DNA of 64,000 bases from Tubiluchus corallicola (GCA_030141605.1 JAQGDQ010002388.1:124001-188000); one strand, 5' to 3'; shown: positions 31,922 through 42,990, counted from the stretch's first letter. Made by a program: numbers and translations. Notes: generated by a model from the letters alone, not told the origin.

Positions 31922-32995
31922 ATGGCTCATACGTTATTAAGTTTTACTTGGAATTATATTCTTCTTTTTTTAATCATGCTGACAATTCTGATTTTTATTC
32001 ATGAGTTTGGGCATTATATTATTGCACGCATTTGTGGTGTAACTGTTGAAACTTTTTCCATAGGGTTTGGTCCCGAGATTTACGGGCATAATGATTCTCA
32101 TAAAACGCGCTGGCGTATTTCCCTGATCCCTCTAGGCGGCTATGTCAAGCTTCTTGGGCAATTTGAAGATTACCCTCCGGAACGTGAAAAAGAGGCGTTT
32201 ATAAAGAAAACAGTCGGCCAGAGGGCGGCGATTGTTTTTGCGGGTCCTGCTGTCAATTTCTTATTTGCGATCCTTGTATATAGCGCTGTTTATGGTTTTT
32301 TTGGTATTTCTCATCCAAGTTCTGTTATTGGTGAGATCGGGGAGGGCAGCGCTGCTAGCAGGGCCGGTCTGCAAGTTAACGATCATATTCTCAGTATTAA
32401 CGAAAAAGAAACACGCTATTTTAACGATATCGCAACGATCGTTCAGAAAAATCCTGAAGCAGAGCTTCTTTTTAAGGTCCTGCGGGGAAGCGAAATTTTT
32501 GAATTACCTGTCACGCCCGATAGCCGTGTTATGGACGGGAAAACTATGGGTTTTATCAACATACGCCCTCATTCTGATTATATTATTTATGAGCCTGTTA
32601 GCAATCCTTTTCAAGCGCTTACGATGGGCATGGAAAAAACCCTTTTTCTTGGCGCGGAGATTTATAAATTCCTTGGTAGTTTTATCCTAGGAAAACAAAA
32701 AGGAGAAGATATTGGCGGGCCTATCCGTATCGCCCAGGTTTCAGGTGAGATTGCCAATCAGGGTTTAGTCCCCTGGCTTAGCTTTCTTGCTTTTATTTCC
32801 TTGAATTTATGTATTGTAAATTTGCTTCCTATTCCTGGTCTGGATGGCTGGTATCTTATTACCTATGCGATTGAAAAGCTCGCGAGGAAACCGCTTCACA
32901 AAAAAGTGCAGGAATATGCTTTAGTTGCTGGTATAGGCTTTATTTTTATCTTGTTTGTTTTATTGATATTTAATGATATTAAAAACGTTTTTTAA
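31922..32995 (+). CDS. rseP: RIP metalloprotease RseP
   Basis: HEFGH zinc motif, FSIGFG, PDZ domain, NLLPIPGLDG. Confidence 0.96.
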   Translation: MAHTLLSFTWNYILLFLIMLTILIFIHEFGHYIIARICGVTVETFSIGFGPEIYGHNDSHKTRWRISLIPLGGYVKLLGQFEDYPPEREKEAFIKKTVGQRAAIVFAGPAVNFLFAILVYSAVYGFFGISHPSSVIGEIGEGSAASRAGLQVNDHILSINEKETRYFNDIATIVQKNPEAELLFKVLRGSEIFELPVTPDSRVMDGKTMGFINIRPHSDYIIYEPVSNPFQALTMGMEKTLFLGAEIYKFLGSFILGKQKGEDIGGPIRIAQVSGEIANQGLVPWLSFLAFISLNLCIVNLLPIPGLDGWYLITYAIEKLARKPLHKKVQEYALVAGIGFIFILFVLLIFNDIKNVF

Positions 32996-33224
32996 CAATA
33001 GAAAGCTGTGAGTTCATCGCCTTTAACAGTTGAGTGATTATTCTTCTGAAAGGCAAAATTCGCCAAGTATAATGGGCAGCTGCTTTTGTTTATAGGCATC
33101 TGAGAGAAAATTTTTAGCGCAATTATGTAATAACTTGCTTTTAGAAGCAATTTTGTTATTAATAGTTATAGTGATTAATTTCTCTGCGTTTTACTTTATT
33201 TTTTATCATACATAAGAGGATACA

Positions 33225-35516
33225 ATGGAAGAACGTACTGCGCCTTTTTCAAAAATTGTTTTTATTCTTTCTTTGGCTGCCGTGATATTTTCGCCAGCTT
33301 CTTTCGCTCAGCTGTCCCCTACACTCTATGATATTGAAGTTATTGGAGCGCAGAGAACCGAAGAAGGAACAGTAAAATCATACCTGGATATCCGTGTTGG
33401 AGATATAATTACAGAAGAAAAAATCAATAATTCTTTAAAGCAACTTTTTGCGACGGGGCTTTTTACTGATGTCACTATAGAGCGGCACGGAAATGTTTTA
33501 GTCGTCAATCTTATTGAAAACCCGACTGTTAATACGATTTCCTTTGAGGGCAATAAGAAAATTAGTGATGATATTCTTAAGAGAGAGACTATCCTATCGT
33601 CCCGGGTTATTTATACACAGGCTCGTTTACAGCGTGATATTGAGCGCATTTTATCTCTTTACCAGCGCAGTGGCTATCAATCTGTCTCTGTTATTCCTCA
33701 TACGGCTTCTTTGGATCATAACAGGATTGACCTTACTTTTGAGATTGACGAGGGAAAGCGGACGGGTATTTCCTCTATTCGCTTTATTGGTAACGAAGTT
33801 TTTAGCGACAGGCGTTTACGCAATATTATTCGCACCTCAGAAAGTCGCTGGTACAAGTTTTTTTCCTCAACGGATATTTACGATGTTGATCAAGTTCGTT
33901 ATGACGAGGAGTTATTACGCCGTTATTATCTTCGCAAGGGGTATCTTGATTTTCAATCAATTTCAGCGATCGGAGAATTATCACCGGATCAGGGGAGTTT
34001 TTATCTGACTTACAGTGTCAGTGAGGGGGTTCGTTATAAAGTCGCTTCAGTCAGCACGGACATAGAGCTGAAAAATCTTGATGAGTCGGCTATTTTTTCC
34101 GCTATTTCTCATATTAAAGTGAATAAATGGTACGATGACAGGGAAATTGAAAGAGCTGTTACAGAGCTTGTAAAAAGACTTGACGTATTAAATTATCAAT
34201 TTTATGAGGTCACACCCTATCTTCGTCGAGATCCTGCAAACCAAACGGTTGATATAACATTTTCCTTTCAAGAAGGATCGCCTGTTTTTGTGGAGCGTAT
34301 TGATATTGTAGGGAATGTTCGAACGCAAGATAATGTTTTACGTCGCATTTTCACCTTTGCGGAAGGGGATGCTTACCAGCGAGAGAAAGTCGCCTTATCT
34401 AAGCGTAAATTAGAAGGAATGGATTATTTTAAAAGCGTTGCTGTAGATGTGACTCCTGGGAGCTCGCCTGACCGTGTTGTGATAAAAACGAGTGTTGCGG
34501 AAAAATCGACAGGTTCTCTTATGATTGGCGCTGGTTACTCTTCTTTGGATGGTTTTATTGCCGAAGCGTCTCTTCGAGAGCGTAATTTTTTAGGTACAGG
34601 GTATGAGGCTTATACAACCTTCCGAGCCGCTGAGAGCAATTCATCTTTTTCTGCTGGTATTGTTTCACCGTGGTTTCTTGACAGGAACGTGCGTGTAGGT
34701 ATGGATGGTTTTTATATCAACGAATCTTATGATAGCAGCTCTTATACAGAGAGAAAAGTCGGAGGGTCTCTTCATGCGACCTATCTTTTGACCCCGTCGA
34801 TTTCTCAGGGGTGGCGTTATACGCTTTATGAGAATAATATTCAAAGCTTTGATACGAATACCTCTCCTCTTATTGTGGATAATGAAGAGCGGGATCGGGT
34901 TTTTTCAGCGGTTGCTCACACGCTTTCCTGGAGAACCACGGATAGTGTTCGTCGTCCGACAGAAGGGCATTTTATCACACTTGTGACAGAACTTGCCGGT
35001 ATTGGCGGCAATGCGAAATATGTCAGTAATATTCTTTCAATGGCGAAATATTTTGAAGTTACCGACAACACCGTTTTTTCTTTAAGTGGTCGAACGGGAT
35101 ATATTACTGGAATCAACAACACTGATACGAGTATTCGCGATCGTTTTTTCCTTGGCGGCTCAAGCCTAAGAGGATTTTCTTATGCCGGTATTGGACCGCG
35201 TGATAGTATTACGGATGATTCTCTTGGTGGCGAATGGATGTATAAAGCGACAGCGCAACTGGACTTTCCTTTATCCGCGACGAAAAATCTAGGAATTGGG
35301 GGGCGTATTTTTGCTGATTTTGGTTCTATTGGGCAGGTTCCTTATGACTCTCCCGAGCGTATTCACGATAGCGGGTCGATTCGGGCTTCTGTTGGAATGG
35401 GTTTAACGTGGGATTCTCCGATGGGGCCGATTGGTATTGATTATGGCTACCCTATTCAGAAAGAAAATTATGATAGAACCGAGCGGTTATTTATCAGCTT
35501 TGGCACATTCTTTTAG
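33225..35516 (+). CDS. bamA: Outer membrane protein assembly factor BamA
   Basis: POTRA repeats, EKSTGS, ERNFLGTG, LRGF, C-terminal aromatic residue. Confidence 0.97.
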   Translation: MEERTAPFSKIVFILSLAAVIFSPASFAQLSPTLYDIEVIGAQRTEEGTVKSYLDIRVGDIITEEKINNSLKQLFATGLFTDVTIERHGNVLVVNLIENPTVNTISFEGNKKISDDILKRETILSSRVIYTQARLQRDIERILSLYQRSGYQSVSVIPHTASLDHNRIDLTFEIDEGKRTGISSIRFIGNEVFSDRRLRNIIRTSESRWYKFFSSTDIYDVDQVRYDEELLRRYYLRKGYLDFQSISAIGELSPDQGSFYLTYSVSEGVRYKVASVSTDIELKNLDESAIFSAISHIKVNKWYDDREIERAVTELVKRLDVLNYQFYEVTPYLRRDPANQTVDITFSFQEGSPVFVERIDIVGNVRTQDNVLRRIFTFAEGDAYQREKVALSKRKLEGMDYFKSVAVDVTPGSSPDRVVIKTSVAEKSTGSLMIGAGYSSLDGFIAEASLRERNFLGTGYEAYTTFRAAESNSSFSAGIVSPWFLDRNVRVGMDGFYINESYDSSSYTERKVGGSLHATYLLTPSISQGWRYTLYENNIQSFDTNTSPLIVDNEERDRVFSAVAHTLSWRTTDSVRRPTEGHFITLVTELAGIGGNAKYVSNILSMAKYFEVTDNTVFSLSGRTGYITGINNTDTSIRDRFFLGGSSLRGFSYAGIGPRDSITDDSLGGEWMYKATAQLDFPLSATKNLGIGGRIFADFGSIGQVPYDSPERIHDSGSIRASVGMGLTWDSPMGPIGIDYGYPIQKENYDRTERLFISFGTFF

Positions 35517-35719
35517 AAATGGTTTCTTGACATTATCAATTATGGTAGAGTTGATCGGTTATTGACCGGCTTTATCACATCCTTTTAGAAATGACTCCAA
35601 AGGAGTTCCAAATATGAAACTTTTAATGTTTGTTTTTAGCAAAAATGGTATTTTTTAAAAGAAAATCATTGTTTTTTTGCTGTATATTTTCTACTATTTT
35701 AGTATAAATTTACGATAAT

Positions 35720-35747
35720 TATTGGAATAATTGCTCTTATGTTATTG
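35720..35747 (+). other. Candidate dif chromosome-dimer resolution site at the replication terminus
   Basis: TATTGGAATAA-TTGCTC-TTATGTTATTG: ATAA-N6-TTATG core, right arm identical to the E. coli XerD arm (TTATGTTAAAT) in its first 8 nt; coincides with the GC-skew flip. Confidence 0.55.
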
Positions 35748-35765
35748 TTACAGAACCGCGTATTT

Positions 35766-36398
35766 ATGCCGATTTTAGCTTTTTTTACTCTTTTTATTCC
35801 CTTATTTTCTTTTGCGGAAACCGAGCAGGATATTTTAAATTCTCCGCCTGTTATTAAATTTTCACCTTCTTCTTCTGATTCAATAGAAAAACCGATTGAT
35901 TCTCCCTCCTCTACTGCGCCATTTTCCTATACTTTTGGTATCATTGATGCATCAGCGATTCGGCTTCGTTCATTGGCTATGCAGAGTATTTACAAGCAGC
36001 TCACAGAACATAGAAACAGGCTCCAGGCTATTGCTCTTGAAGAACAAAATGAGCTGCAACAGGCCCATCTTAACCTTAACAATCGTCGATCAGAATTAAC
36101 ATTGGAAGCCTATACAAAAGAGCGAAAAATCTTTGAAGAGCGTGTGAACAGACTTCAAAAAAAAAGCCAAAAAAAACAAATTATTCTTGAGCATTCTCTT
36201 GAAACCGCTGTAAACTATGTGGAAGAATATGTGAATACTATTCTGCTAGATATTATTCAAGAAAAAAATATAAATCTAATCTTCCAGAAACAGTATCTAA
36301 CCTACTGGCAACCTGAGCATGACTTAACAGATATAATTATTCAGCGCTTAAATGATATTTTATCAACTGTAGAACTTGTAGTAGAAATGGAAGAATAA
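35766..36398 (+). CDS. skp: OmpH/Skp-family periplasmic chaperone
   Basis: Signal peptide, GIID..I...S.A, coiled coil, DLTDIIIQRLN; between bamA and lpxD; ORF open from 35739. Confidence 0.85.
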   Translation: MPILAFFTLFIPLFSFAETEQDILNSPPVIKFSPSSSDSIEKPIDSPSSTAPFSYTFGIIDASAIRLRSLAMQSIYKQLTEHRNRLQAIALEEQNELQQAHLNLNNRRSELTLEAYTKERKIFEERVNRLQKKSQKKQIILEHSLETAVNYVEEYVNTILLDIIQEKNINLIFQKQYLTYWQPEHDLTDIIIQRLNDILSTVELVVEMEE

Positions 36399-37459
36399 TG
36401 GCTGATCCTAGGTTTTTTAAAAAGCATGCCCCTTTAAAGTTGGAAGAAATTGCTCAAAAAATTAATGCAGATATTCATACTTCTTCTGAAAAACATAAAT
36501 CTTTTCTTTTGAAAGATCTTGCGTCTCTCAAAGAAGCTCGTTCTGAAGATCTGTCTTTCCTTATAAACAAAAGCTATTTGGAAGATTTTAAAACATCTCA
36601 GGCAGGCGCTTGTATTATCGATCCGCAATTTATCGACTATGCTCCCCCTCATATGTTTCTCTTGTTAACAAAAACTCCCTACCATGCATGGGCTTTAGCG
36701 ACACAAATTTTCTATCCGTATACCATTCCCTCCGCTTCTATTGCACCAACAGCAACTATTGATCCTTCGGCCACTGTTGGCAATAATTGCTATATTGAAG
36801 CCGGTGCCGTTATTCAGCAAAACGCTATTATTGGTAACGAATGCCATATTTGCTCTAATAGCGTTATTGGAAAAGGAGTTATTCTTGGTAGTAATTGCTA
36901 TATCGGCCCAAACGCCTCTATCTTATACACAAAAGCTGGCAATAATGTTAGAATTCATAGTGGAGCTTCAATCGGACAAGATGGTTTTGGTTTTGATACA
37001 AGCCATGGACAAGCTGAAAAAATTATGCAAATTGGACGTGTTATTATTGAAGACAATGTTGAAATTGGTGCCAACACAACAATTGATAGAGGCGCTATTA
37101 CTGATACTGTTATTAAAGAGGGAACACAAATTGATAACCTTGTCCAAATTGCTCACAACGTCCATGTTGGAAAGCAATGTATCCTTGTTTCTCAAGTAGG
37201 TGTTGCTGGAACAAGCCATCTGGAGGATTACGTTGTCCTAGGAGGACAAGCTGGAGTTTCAGGCCATTTACGAATTGGCACTGGTGCTCAAATAGGTGCA
37301 CAAGCTGGGGTTATGCGTAATATCTCCCCCAAAGAAATTGTCATAGGGACACCTGCTTTTCCCATAAAAGAATTCTGGCGTAGAGTAGCCACATTATCAA
37401 AAATAACTAAATCCCGCTGTAAAACTTGGAAACATCCAGAGAGTAATAATAATGAGTGA
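36398..37459 (+). CDS. lpxD: UDP-3-O-acylglucosamine N-acyltransferase
   Basis: MADPRFF, hexapeptide repeats, IGQDGFGF, IDNLVQIAHNV. Confidence 0.97.
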   Translation: MADPRFFKKHAPLKLEEIAQKINADIHTSSEKHKSFLLKDLASLKEARSEDLSFLINKSYLEDFKTSQAGACIIDPQFIDYAPPHMFLLLTKTPYHAWALATQIFYPYTIPSASIAPTATIDPSATVGNNCYIEAGAVIQQNAIIGNECHICSNSVIGKGVILGSNCYIGPNASILYTKAGNNVRIHSGASIGQDGFGFDTSHGQAEKIMQIGRVIIEDNVEIGANTTIDRGAITDTVIKEGTQIDNLVQIAHNVHVGKQCILVSQVGVAGTSHLEDYVVLGGQAGVSGHLRIGTGAQIGAQAGVMRNISPKEIVIGTPAFPIKEFWRRVATLSKITKSRCKTWKHPESNNNE

Positions 37460-37904
37460 GTTCTATAAGACTATTGATATTGAAGAAATTCAAACCTTAA
37501 TTCCTCATCGCTATCCCTTCTTGCTTGTAGATAAAGTGCAATGTATAGAAGAAGGTGAAGAAGGTGTAGGAGTTAAAAACGTCACTATAAATGAGCCTTT
37601 TTTTCCAGGGCATTTCCCCAGTTATGCCGTTATGCCGGGTGTCCTTATTATTGAAGCAATGGCTCAAACCGCTGCTATTATAGTTGTCGACAGCCTTCAC
37701 AACCCTAAGCAGGAACGAAAAGTCTATTTCATGGGAATTGATAATGCTCGATTCCGAAACCCTGTCATTCCAGGAGATAAGCTCCATATTCATGTGAAAA
37801 AATTACAAACAAGACGAAATGTATGGAAATTCCAAGGAACTGCAAAAGTTAATAGTAAGATAACTGCAGAAGCAACTTTCATGGCTATGATTATGGATGC
37901 ATAA
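37452..37904 (+). CDS. fabZ: 3-hydroxyacyl-ACP dehydratase
   Basis: IPHRYPFLLVD, NEPFFPGHFP, MPGVLIIEAMAQ. Confidence 0.98.
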   Translation: MSEFYKTIDIEEIQTLIPHRYPFLLVDKVQCIEEGEEGVGVKNVTINEPFFPGHFPSYAVMPGVLIIEAMAQTAAIIVVDSLHNPKQERKVYFMGIDNARFRNPVIPGDKLHIHVKKLQTRRNVWKFQGTAKVNSKITAEATFMAMIMDA

Positions 37905-37990
37905 ACAAATATTGAAACTAGCCAAAGAACATAAAATTTATAAAAAACACTCTAAAATAGCCAGAAAAATACTATAACCATGGAGATAAA

Positions 37991-38788
37991 ATGAGTATAA
38001 TACATCCAACCGCGATTATCGAAACTGGCGCAATAATTGGCAACAATGTCTCCATAGGCCCATGGTGTCATATCGGCCCAAACGTCACTATTAACAATAA
38101 TGTCACATTACAATCTCATATTGTTGTTCAAGGAATAACACATATTAAAGAGAATGTCTGTATATGGCCTTGGGCTGCCATAGGACTACCTCCTCAAGAC
38201 CTAAAATATAATAATGAGCCCTCTTCCCTAGTTATTGGTAAAAATACACAAATCAGAGAGCATACAACCCTCCACACTGGAACAGAAGGCGGAGGCATGC
38301 TTACCACTATTGGTGAAAATTGCCTTATTATGGTGGGTGCACACGTTGCACACGATTGCACTATTGGAAATAATGTTATTCTCGTCAACAATGCAACTCT
38401 CGCTGGCCATGTAACAATTAAAGATCAAGCCGTTATTGGTGGTCTTGCTGCTATCCACCAGTTTGTTCGAATTGGTGAATATGCAATGATTGGTGGTATG
38501 TGTGGCGTAGAGAAAGATGTTGTTCCCTTCGCAACTGTAGCAGGAAATCGCGCTAAAATCGCTGGCCTTAATCTTATTGGGCTTCAAAGACGCAATTTCT
38601 CCCGAAAAGAAATTCATACTCTTCAAAAAGCTTTTAACCAGCTTTTTTTCCCAAAATATAACGAAGAATCAACCTCTTTTACAGAACGTTTGAATACTGT
38701 AAAACAATCGTTTGGAAACGAAAAAATAGTCACGATACTTCTTCAGTTTCTTGAAGAAAAGTCAAAACGAGGAATATGCCAAAAATAG
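37991..38788 (+). CDS. lpxA: UDP-N-acetylglucosamine O-acyltransferase
   Basis: [32 protein letters not shown]. Confidence 0.98.
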   Translation: MSIIHPTAIIETGAIIGNNVSIGPWCHIGPNVTINNNVTLQSHIVVQGITHIKENVCIWPWAAIGLPPQDLKYNNEPSSLVIGKNTQIREHTTLHTGTEGGGMLTTIGENCLIMVGAHVAHDCTIGNNVILVNNATLAGHVTIKDQAVIGGLAAIHQFVRIGEYAMIGGMCGVEKDVVPFATVAGNRAKIAGLNLIGLQRRNFSRKEIHTLQKAFNQLFFPKYNEESTSFTERLNTVKQSFGNEKIVTILLQFLEEKSKRGICQK

Positions 38789-38886
38789 TTTTCAACCACC
38801 TTTTATAGCCTTTTAGGCATAGGGACATTTCCAATCCCTTAAGCAAGACTCCTTATAAAAGCAATGAAAAAAAAGAGAATGCCATT

Positions 38887-39711
38887 ATGGTAAATAAAAA
38901 AATAACAGGGAAATTAGCAATCCTTGCTGGTAGAGGAAGCCTTCCACGAGAAATTATCGCTATCTGTAAAAAAGAACAAATAGATTTTCTTGTCATTTCT
39001 TTCCAAGGGCAGACAGAAGAAGAAACTATCAAAAACCTCCCTTATTTTGAAGATGACCTCTCAAAACCTTCCAAGATTCTAAAAAAGCTTCACAGTGAAA
39101 ATGTAAAAAATATTATTATGGCCGGCTCTTTAAAGCGTCCTTCATTTCTGAGATTAATGCTTGATCCTTGGGCTCGCAAATTACTGAAACATATTGGAAG
39201 CCAGGCTTTTGGCGATAATGGTCTTCTTAAAGGTATTATTGAAGAGCTTGAAATAGAAGGCTTTACTGTCCTAAGCATTGATCATTTCCTCCCAAATATG
39301 TTAGCACCTGCAGGAATCATAGGAGCTCTACAGCCAACAAAAGAAGATTGGGATGATATTAAGAGAGGAAAATTTGCAGCTAAACTCCTTGGGGAATTAG
39401 ATATTGGACAAGGAGTCGTCGTACAGCAAGGCGTAATTTTGGCTGTTGAAGCTATAGAAGGAACAGATGAAATGCTGAAGAGGTGCAAGAATCTTCAAAT
39501 GGAAGGAAAAGGTGGCGTACTTGTCAAAACTATAAAACCACAGCAAGAGCGACGTGCAGATCTTCCATCTATTGGACCTGATACTGTTATTAATGCAGTA
39601 GAATCTGGGTTACGCGGAATCGCTGTGGAAAGTGGTTCATCTCTTCTTCTTCAGCGAGAAAAACTTATAAAAATAGCAAATAAGCATAAGCTTTTCATCA
39701 TTGCTTTCTAA
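38887..39711 (+). CDS. lpxI: UDP-2,3-diacylglucosamine hydrolase LpxI (DUF1009)
   Basis: LAGRGSLP, LDIGQGVV, AVEAIEGTD, KPQQERRADLPSIG. Confidence 0.95.
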   Translation: MVNKKITGKLAILAGRGSLPREIIAICKKEQIDFLVISFQGQTEEETIKNLPYFEDDLSKPSKILKKLHSENVKNIIMAGSLKRPSFLRLMLDPWARKLLKHIGSQAFGDNGLLKGIIEELEIEGFTVLSIDHFLPNMLAPAGIIGALQPTKEDWDDIKRGKFAAKLLGELDIGQGVVVQQGVILAVEAIEGTDEMLKRCKNLQMEGKGGVLVKTIKPQQERRADLPSIGPDTVINAVESGLRGIAVESGSSLLLQREKLIKIANKHKLFIIAF

Positions 39712-39819
39712 TAGCCACTTTTGGGTTAACATACCTTCAAATTGAGTAGGCTCAAACTTTAATGAATAGAATTAGTTGAGCAAATATGAATTAGAATAAA
39801 ACTTATCCTATATCAATCG

Positions 39820-40947
39820 TTACGGAAGAAAATCTTTTACTTTAGCAAAGAATCCTTTGGATTGTGGGCTACAGTCTGTATTTTCATCAGAAAATTCTTT
39901 TAAAATTTCTTTCTGCCTCTTGCTTAAATTTATAGGTGTTTCTACATGAATTTTGACATACATATCTCCTCGTGAGTTATGACGCAAAACTGTCATTCCC
40001 TTTCCACGCAAACGAAATTGTCGACCACTTTGCGTACCAACAGGAATTTTCAAGCAAGCTCTAGAGCCATCAATAACAGGAACTTCTATTTCTCCTCCTA
40101 AAGCTGCTGCCACCATCGAAATTGGAACATCACAATAAATATTTTTTCCCTCTCTTTGAAAAAAACGATGGGGCACGATACTCATAAAAATATAAAGATC
40201 ACCCGGAGCTCCTCCACGAGTACCTGCTTCACCACGTTTCTCCAAACGAATACGCATCCCATCTTCAACACCCCTAGGTATATTTACAGATAAGACCTTG
40301 TCTGTTTTCACACGGCCATCACCATGGCAATTCGTGCAGGGGTTGCTAATAATTTGACCACTCCCTCCACAACTTACACAAACACGTTCCATCATAAAAA
40401 TACCTGATTGAGTTCGAATACGCCCCGATCCACTACACTGAGAACAAATTGATAAAGAACCATCCTGGCTACCAGTCCCATTGCATGATTGGCAACCCTC
40501 TGAAGCATTTATCGAAATTTCCCGTGTTACACCAGAAAAAGATTCTTCTAATGTAATTTCCATGTTATAGCGTAAATCAGCGCCTCGAGAAGCCTGTTTT
40601 CGGCTACGCCCCCCTCCTGCAGTTCCTCCAAAAACATCACTAAAAACATCTTCAAAAATATCTGAAAAGCTTCCCATACCGCTAAACCCACTTCGAGTAG
40701 CGCCTCCAAAACCCCCTGTACCATCAAATGCTGCATGGCCCATACGATCATACGCTGCCCGCTTCTGTGGATCTTTCAAAATATCGTAGGCTTCATTAAT
40801 ATTTTTGAATTTCTGCTCTGCGTCTTTATTATTAGGATTGCGATCAGGATGATATTGCATCGCCAAATTTCTGTAGGCTGACTTCAAATCTTTATCAGAC
40901 ACATCTCGGCTAACACCCAAAGTTTCATAATAGTCTCTCTTCGCCAT
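39820..40947 (-). CDS. dnaJ: Chaperone DnaJ
   Basis: HPD J-domain, G/F region, four CxxCxGxG motifs. Confidence 0.99.
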   Translation of the reverse strand: MAKRDYYETLGVSRDVSDKDLKSAYRNLAMQYHPDRNPNNKDAEQKFKNINEAYDILKDPQKRAAYDRMGHAAFDGTGGFGGATRSGFSGMGSFSDIFEDVFSDVFGGTAGGGRSRKQASRGADLRYNMEITLEESFSGVTREISINASEGCQSCNGTGSQDGSLSICSQCSGSGRIRTQSGIFMMERVCVSCGGSGQIISNPCTNCHGDGRVKTDKVLSVNIPRGVEDGMRIRLEKRGEAGTRGGAPGDLYIFMSIVPHRFFQREGKNIYCDVPISMVAAALGGEIEVPVIDGSRACLKIPVGTQSGRQFRLRGKGMTVLRHNSRGDMYVKIHVETPINLSKRQKEILKEFSDENTDCSPQSKGFFAKVKDFLP

Positions 40948-40992
40948 AGCTTTACCCTAACCTCACCCTCTTCATAAATACTCTCAAGACAC

Positions 40993-41034
40993 GAAAAACC
41001 GGGAAAGTACAAACTTATGTCTTCCCGGCTTTTC
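40993..41034 (-). terminator. Hairpin/terminator between dnaK and dnaJ
   Basis: Minus strand GAAAAGCCGGGAA...TTCCCGGTTTTTC inverted repeat ending in a T-run. Confidence 0.7.
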
Positions 41035-41073
41035 ATAAAAATATAGTTACAAAAATATGTACTAAATAAATTT

Positions 41074-42990
41074 TTATTTCCTAATTTCTTCAAAATCTGC
41101 ATCAACAATATCTTCTTTAGAATCAGATTGTGGCGATACTGAAGGATCCTCAGCAGGCTCTACACCTGCCTCTGTTTGCTGAGATTGCTGATACATTGCT
41201 TCACCAAGCTTCATTGAAGCTTGCGCCAAAGAGTCTGTCTTTTCTTTGATCTCTTCAATTGTTGCCCCTTCTTTCTCTTTAACAGACTCAAGTGACTCAA
41301 GTAATTCTTCTATCGCTTGCTTGTCTGATTCAAGAACCTTATCACCAAAATCAGTCATATTTTTTCGAACTGTATGAATTAAACTCTCCGCATGATTCAG
41401 CGCTTCAACGCGATCTCGACGCTCTTTATCTGTGCTCGCATTTTTCTCAGCCTCCTGCACCATACGCTCAATGTCACTATCTGTTAAGCCACTTGAAGCC
41501 TGAATCTGTATCTGTTGCTCCTTACCTGTAGCTTTATCTTTCGCAGAAACGTGAACAATACCATTGGCATCAATATCAAAAGTAACCTCAATTTGAGGAA
41601 CACCACGAGGAGCAGGCGGGATTCCCATCAGGTCAAATTGCCCTAAAAGTTTATTATCTGTTGCCATCTCACGTTCGCCTTGGAAAACACGAATCGTTAC
41701 AGCTGATTGATTATCATCCGCTGTAGAAAAAACCTGACTTTTACGTGTTGGAATTGTCGTATTTCTATCAATTAAGCGCGTAAAAACACCTCCTAATGTT
41801 TCAATACCAAGAGATAGAGGCGTAACATCAAGTAGCAAAATATCTTTGACATCACCTGCCAAAACTCCTCCTTGAATCGCTGCGCCCAATGCGACAACTT
41901 CATCTGGATTGACGCCCGTATGAATTTCTTTGCCAAAAAATTCTTTTACAATCTCATGTACTTTTGGCATCCGAGTCATGCCACCAACAAGTAAAACCTC
42001 ATCAATATCCGATGGAGAAAGCCCTGCATCTTTAAGCGCTGAACGACATGGTGCAATGGTTTTCCTGATCAAAGGTTCTACCAGTAATTCGAGCTTTGCA
42101 CGACTTAGCTTGATATTCAAATGCTTTGGACCCGAAGAATCAGCAGTAATAAATGGTAAGTTAACTTCTGTTTGAACTGTACTTGAAAGTTCTATTTTTG
42201 CTTTTTCTGCAGCTTCTTTCAATCGCTGAAGTGCCAAAACATCACCCCGAATATCAACACCACTATCCTTCTTAAATTCATCTGCTAAATAGTCAATTAT
42301 AACCTTATCAAAATCCTCTCCACCTAAGAATGTATCTCCATTCGTAGATTTAACCTCAAAAACACCGTCCCCTATCTCTAATATCGAAATATCAAATGTG
42401 CCACCACCAAGGTCATATACAGCAATGGTACCACTTTCTTTCTTCTCTAAGCCATAAGCCAAAGCTGCAGCTGTTGGCTCATTAATAATACGTAAAACTT
42501 CAAGGCCTGCTATTTTACCTGCATCTTTTGTCGCTTGGCGCTGTGCATCATTAAAATAGGCCGGCACCGTAATAACAGCCTGCGTAATATCTTCCCCAAG
42601 ATATTTCTCTGCTGTCTCTTTCATCTTTTGAAGAATATAAGCACTAATTTGAGAAGGGCTATGGTTTTTCTCCCCTGCTTTTACCCATGCATCACCATTA
42701 TCACCCTCAATAATCTTGTAAGGCACCAAGTCACGATCTTTCTCAATAACAGAATCACTTACTCGGCGGCCAATAAGGCGTTTGATCGCAAATAATGTGT
42801 TATGCGGATTCGTAACAGCTTGACGCTTCGCTGACTGACCAACTAAAATCTCTCCTTCATTTGTAAAAGCAACCATTGAGGGCGTTGTTCGAATACCTTC
42901 TGCATTCTCCATAACTCTACTTGAAGAGCCTTCCATAACAGCAACACAAGAATTCGTTGTTCCTAAATCTATTCCTATAACTTTTCCCAT
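41074..42990 (-). CDS. dnaK: Chaperone DnaK
   Basis: [32 protein letters not shown]-terminus. Confidence 0.99.
   Translation of the reverse strand: MGKVIGIDLGTTNSCVAVMEGSSSRVMENAEGIRTTPSMVAFTNEGEILVGQSAKRQAVTNPHNTLFAIKRLIGRRVSDSVIEKDRDLVPYKIIEGDNGDAWVKAGEKNHSPSQISAYILQKMKETAEKYLGEDITQAVITVPAYFNDAQRQATKDAGKIAGLEVLRIINEPTAAALAYGLEKKESGTIAVYDLGGGTFDISILEIGDGVFEVKSTNGDTFLGGEDFDKVIIDYLADEFKKDSGVDIRGDVLALQRLKEAAEKAKIELSSTVQTEVNLPFITADSSGPKHLNIKLSRAKLELLVEPLIRKTIAPCRSALKDAGLSPSDIDEVLLVGGMTRMPKVHEIVKEFFGKEIHTGVNPDEVVALGAAIQGGVLAGDVKDILLLDVTPLSLGIETLGGVFTRLIDRNTTIPTRKSQVFSTADDNQSAVTIRVFQGEREMATDNKLLGQFDLMGIPPAPRGVPQIEVTFDIDANGIVHVSAKDKATGKEQQIQIQASSGLTDSDIERMVQEAEKNASTDKERRDRVEALNHAESLIHTVRKNMTDFGDKVLESDKQAIEELLESLESVKEKEGATIEEIKEKTDSLAQASMKLGEAMYQQSQQTEAGVEPAEDPSVSPQSDSKEDIVDADFEEIRK

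Noticed and set aside
5111-32346. KOPS (GGGNAGGG) polarity as support for the terminus
   Set aside because: Two copies point toward 35.7 kb (21826-21833, 32339-32346) but two are opposite (5111-5118, 16260-16267); uninformative from a manual scan
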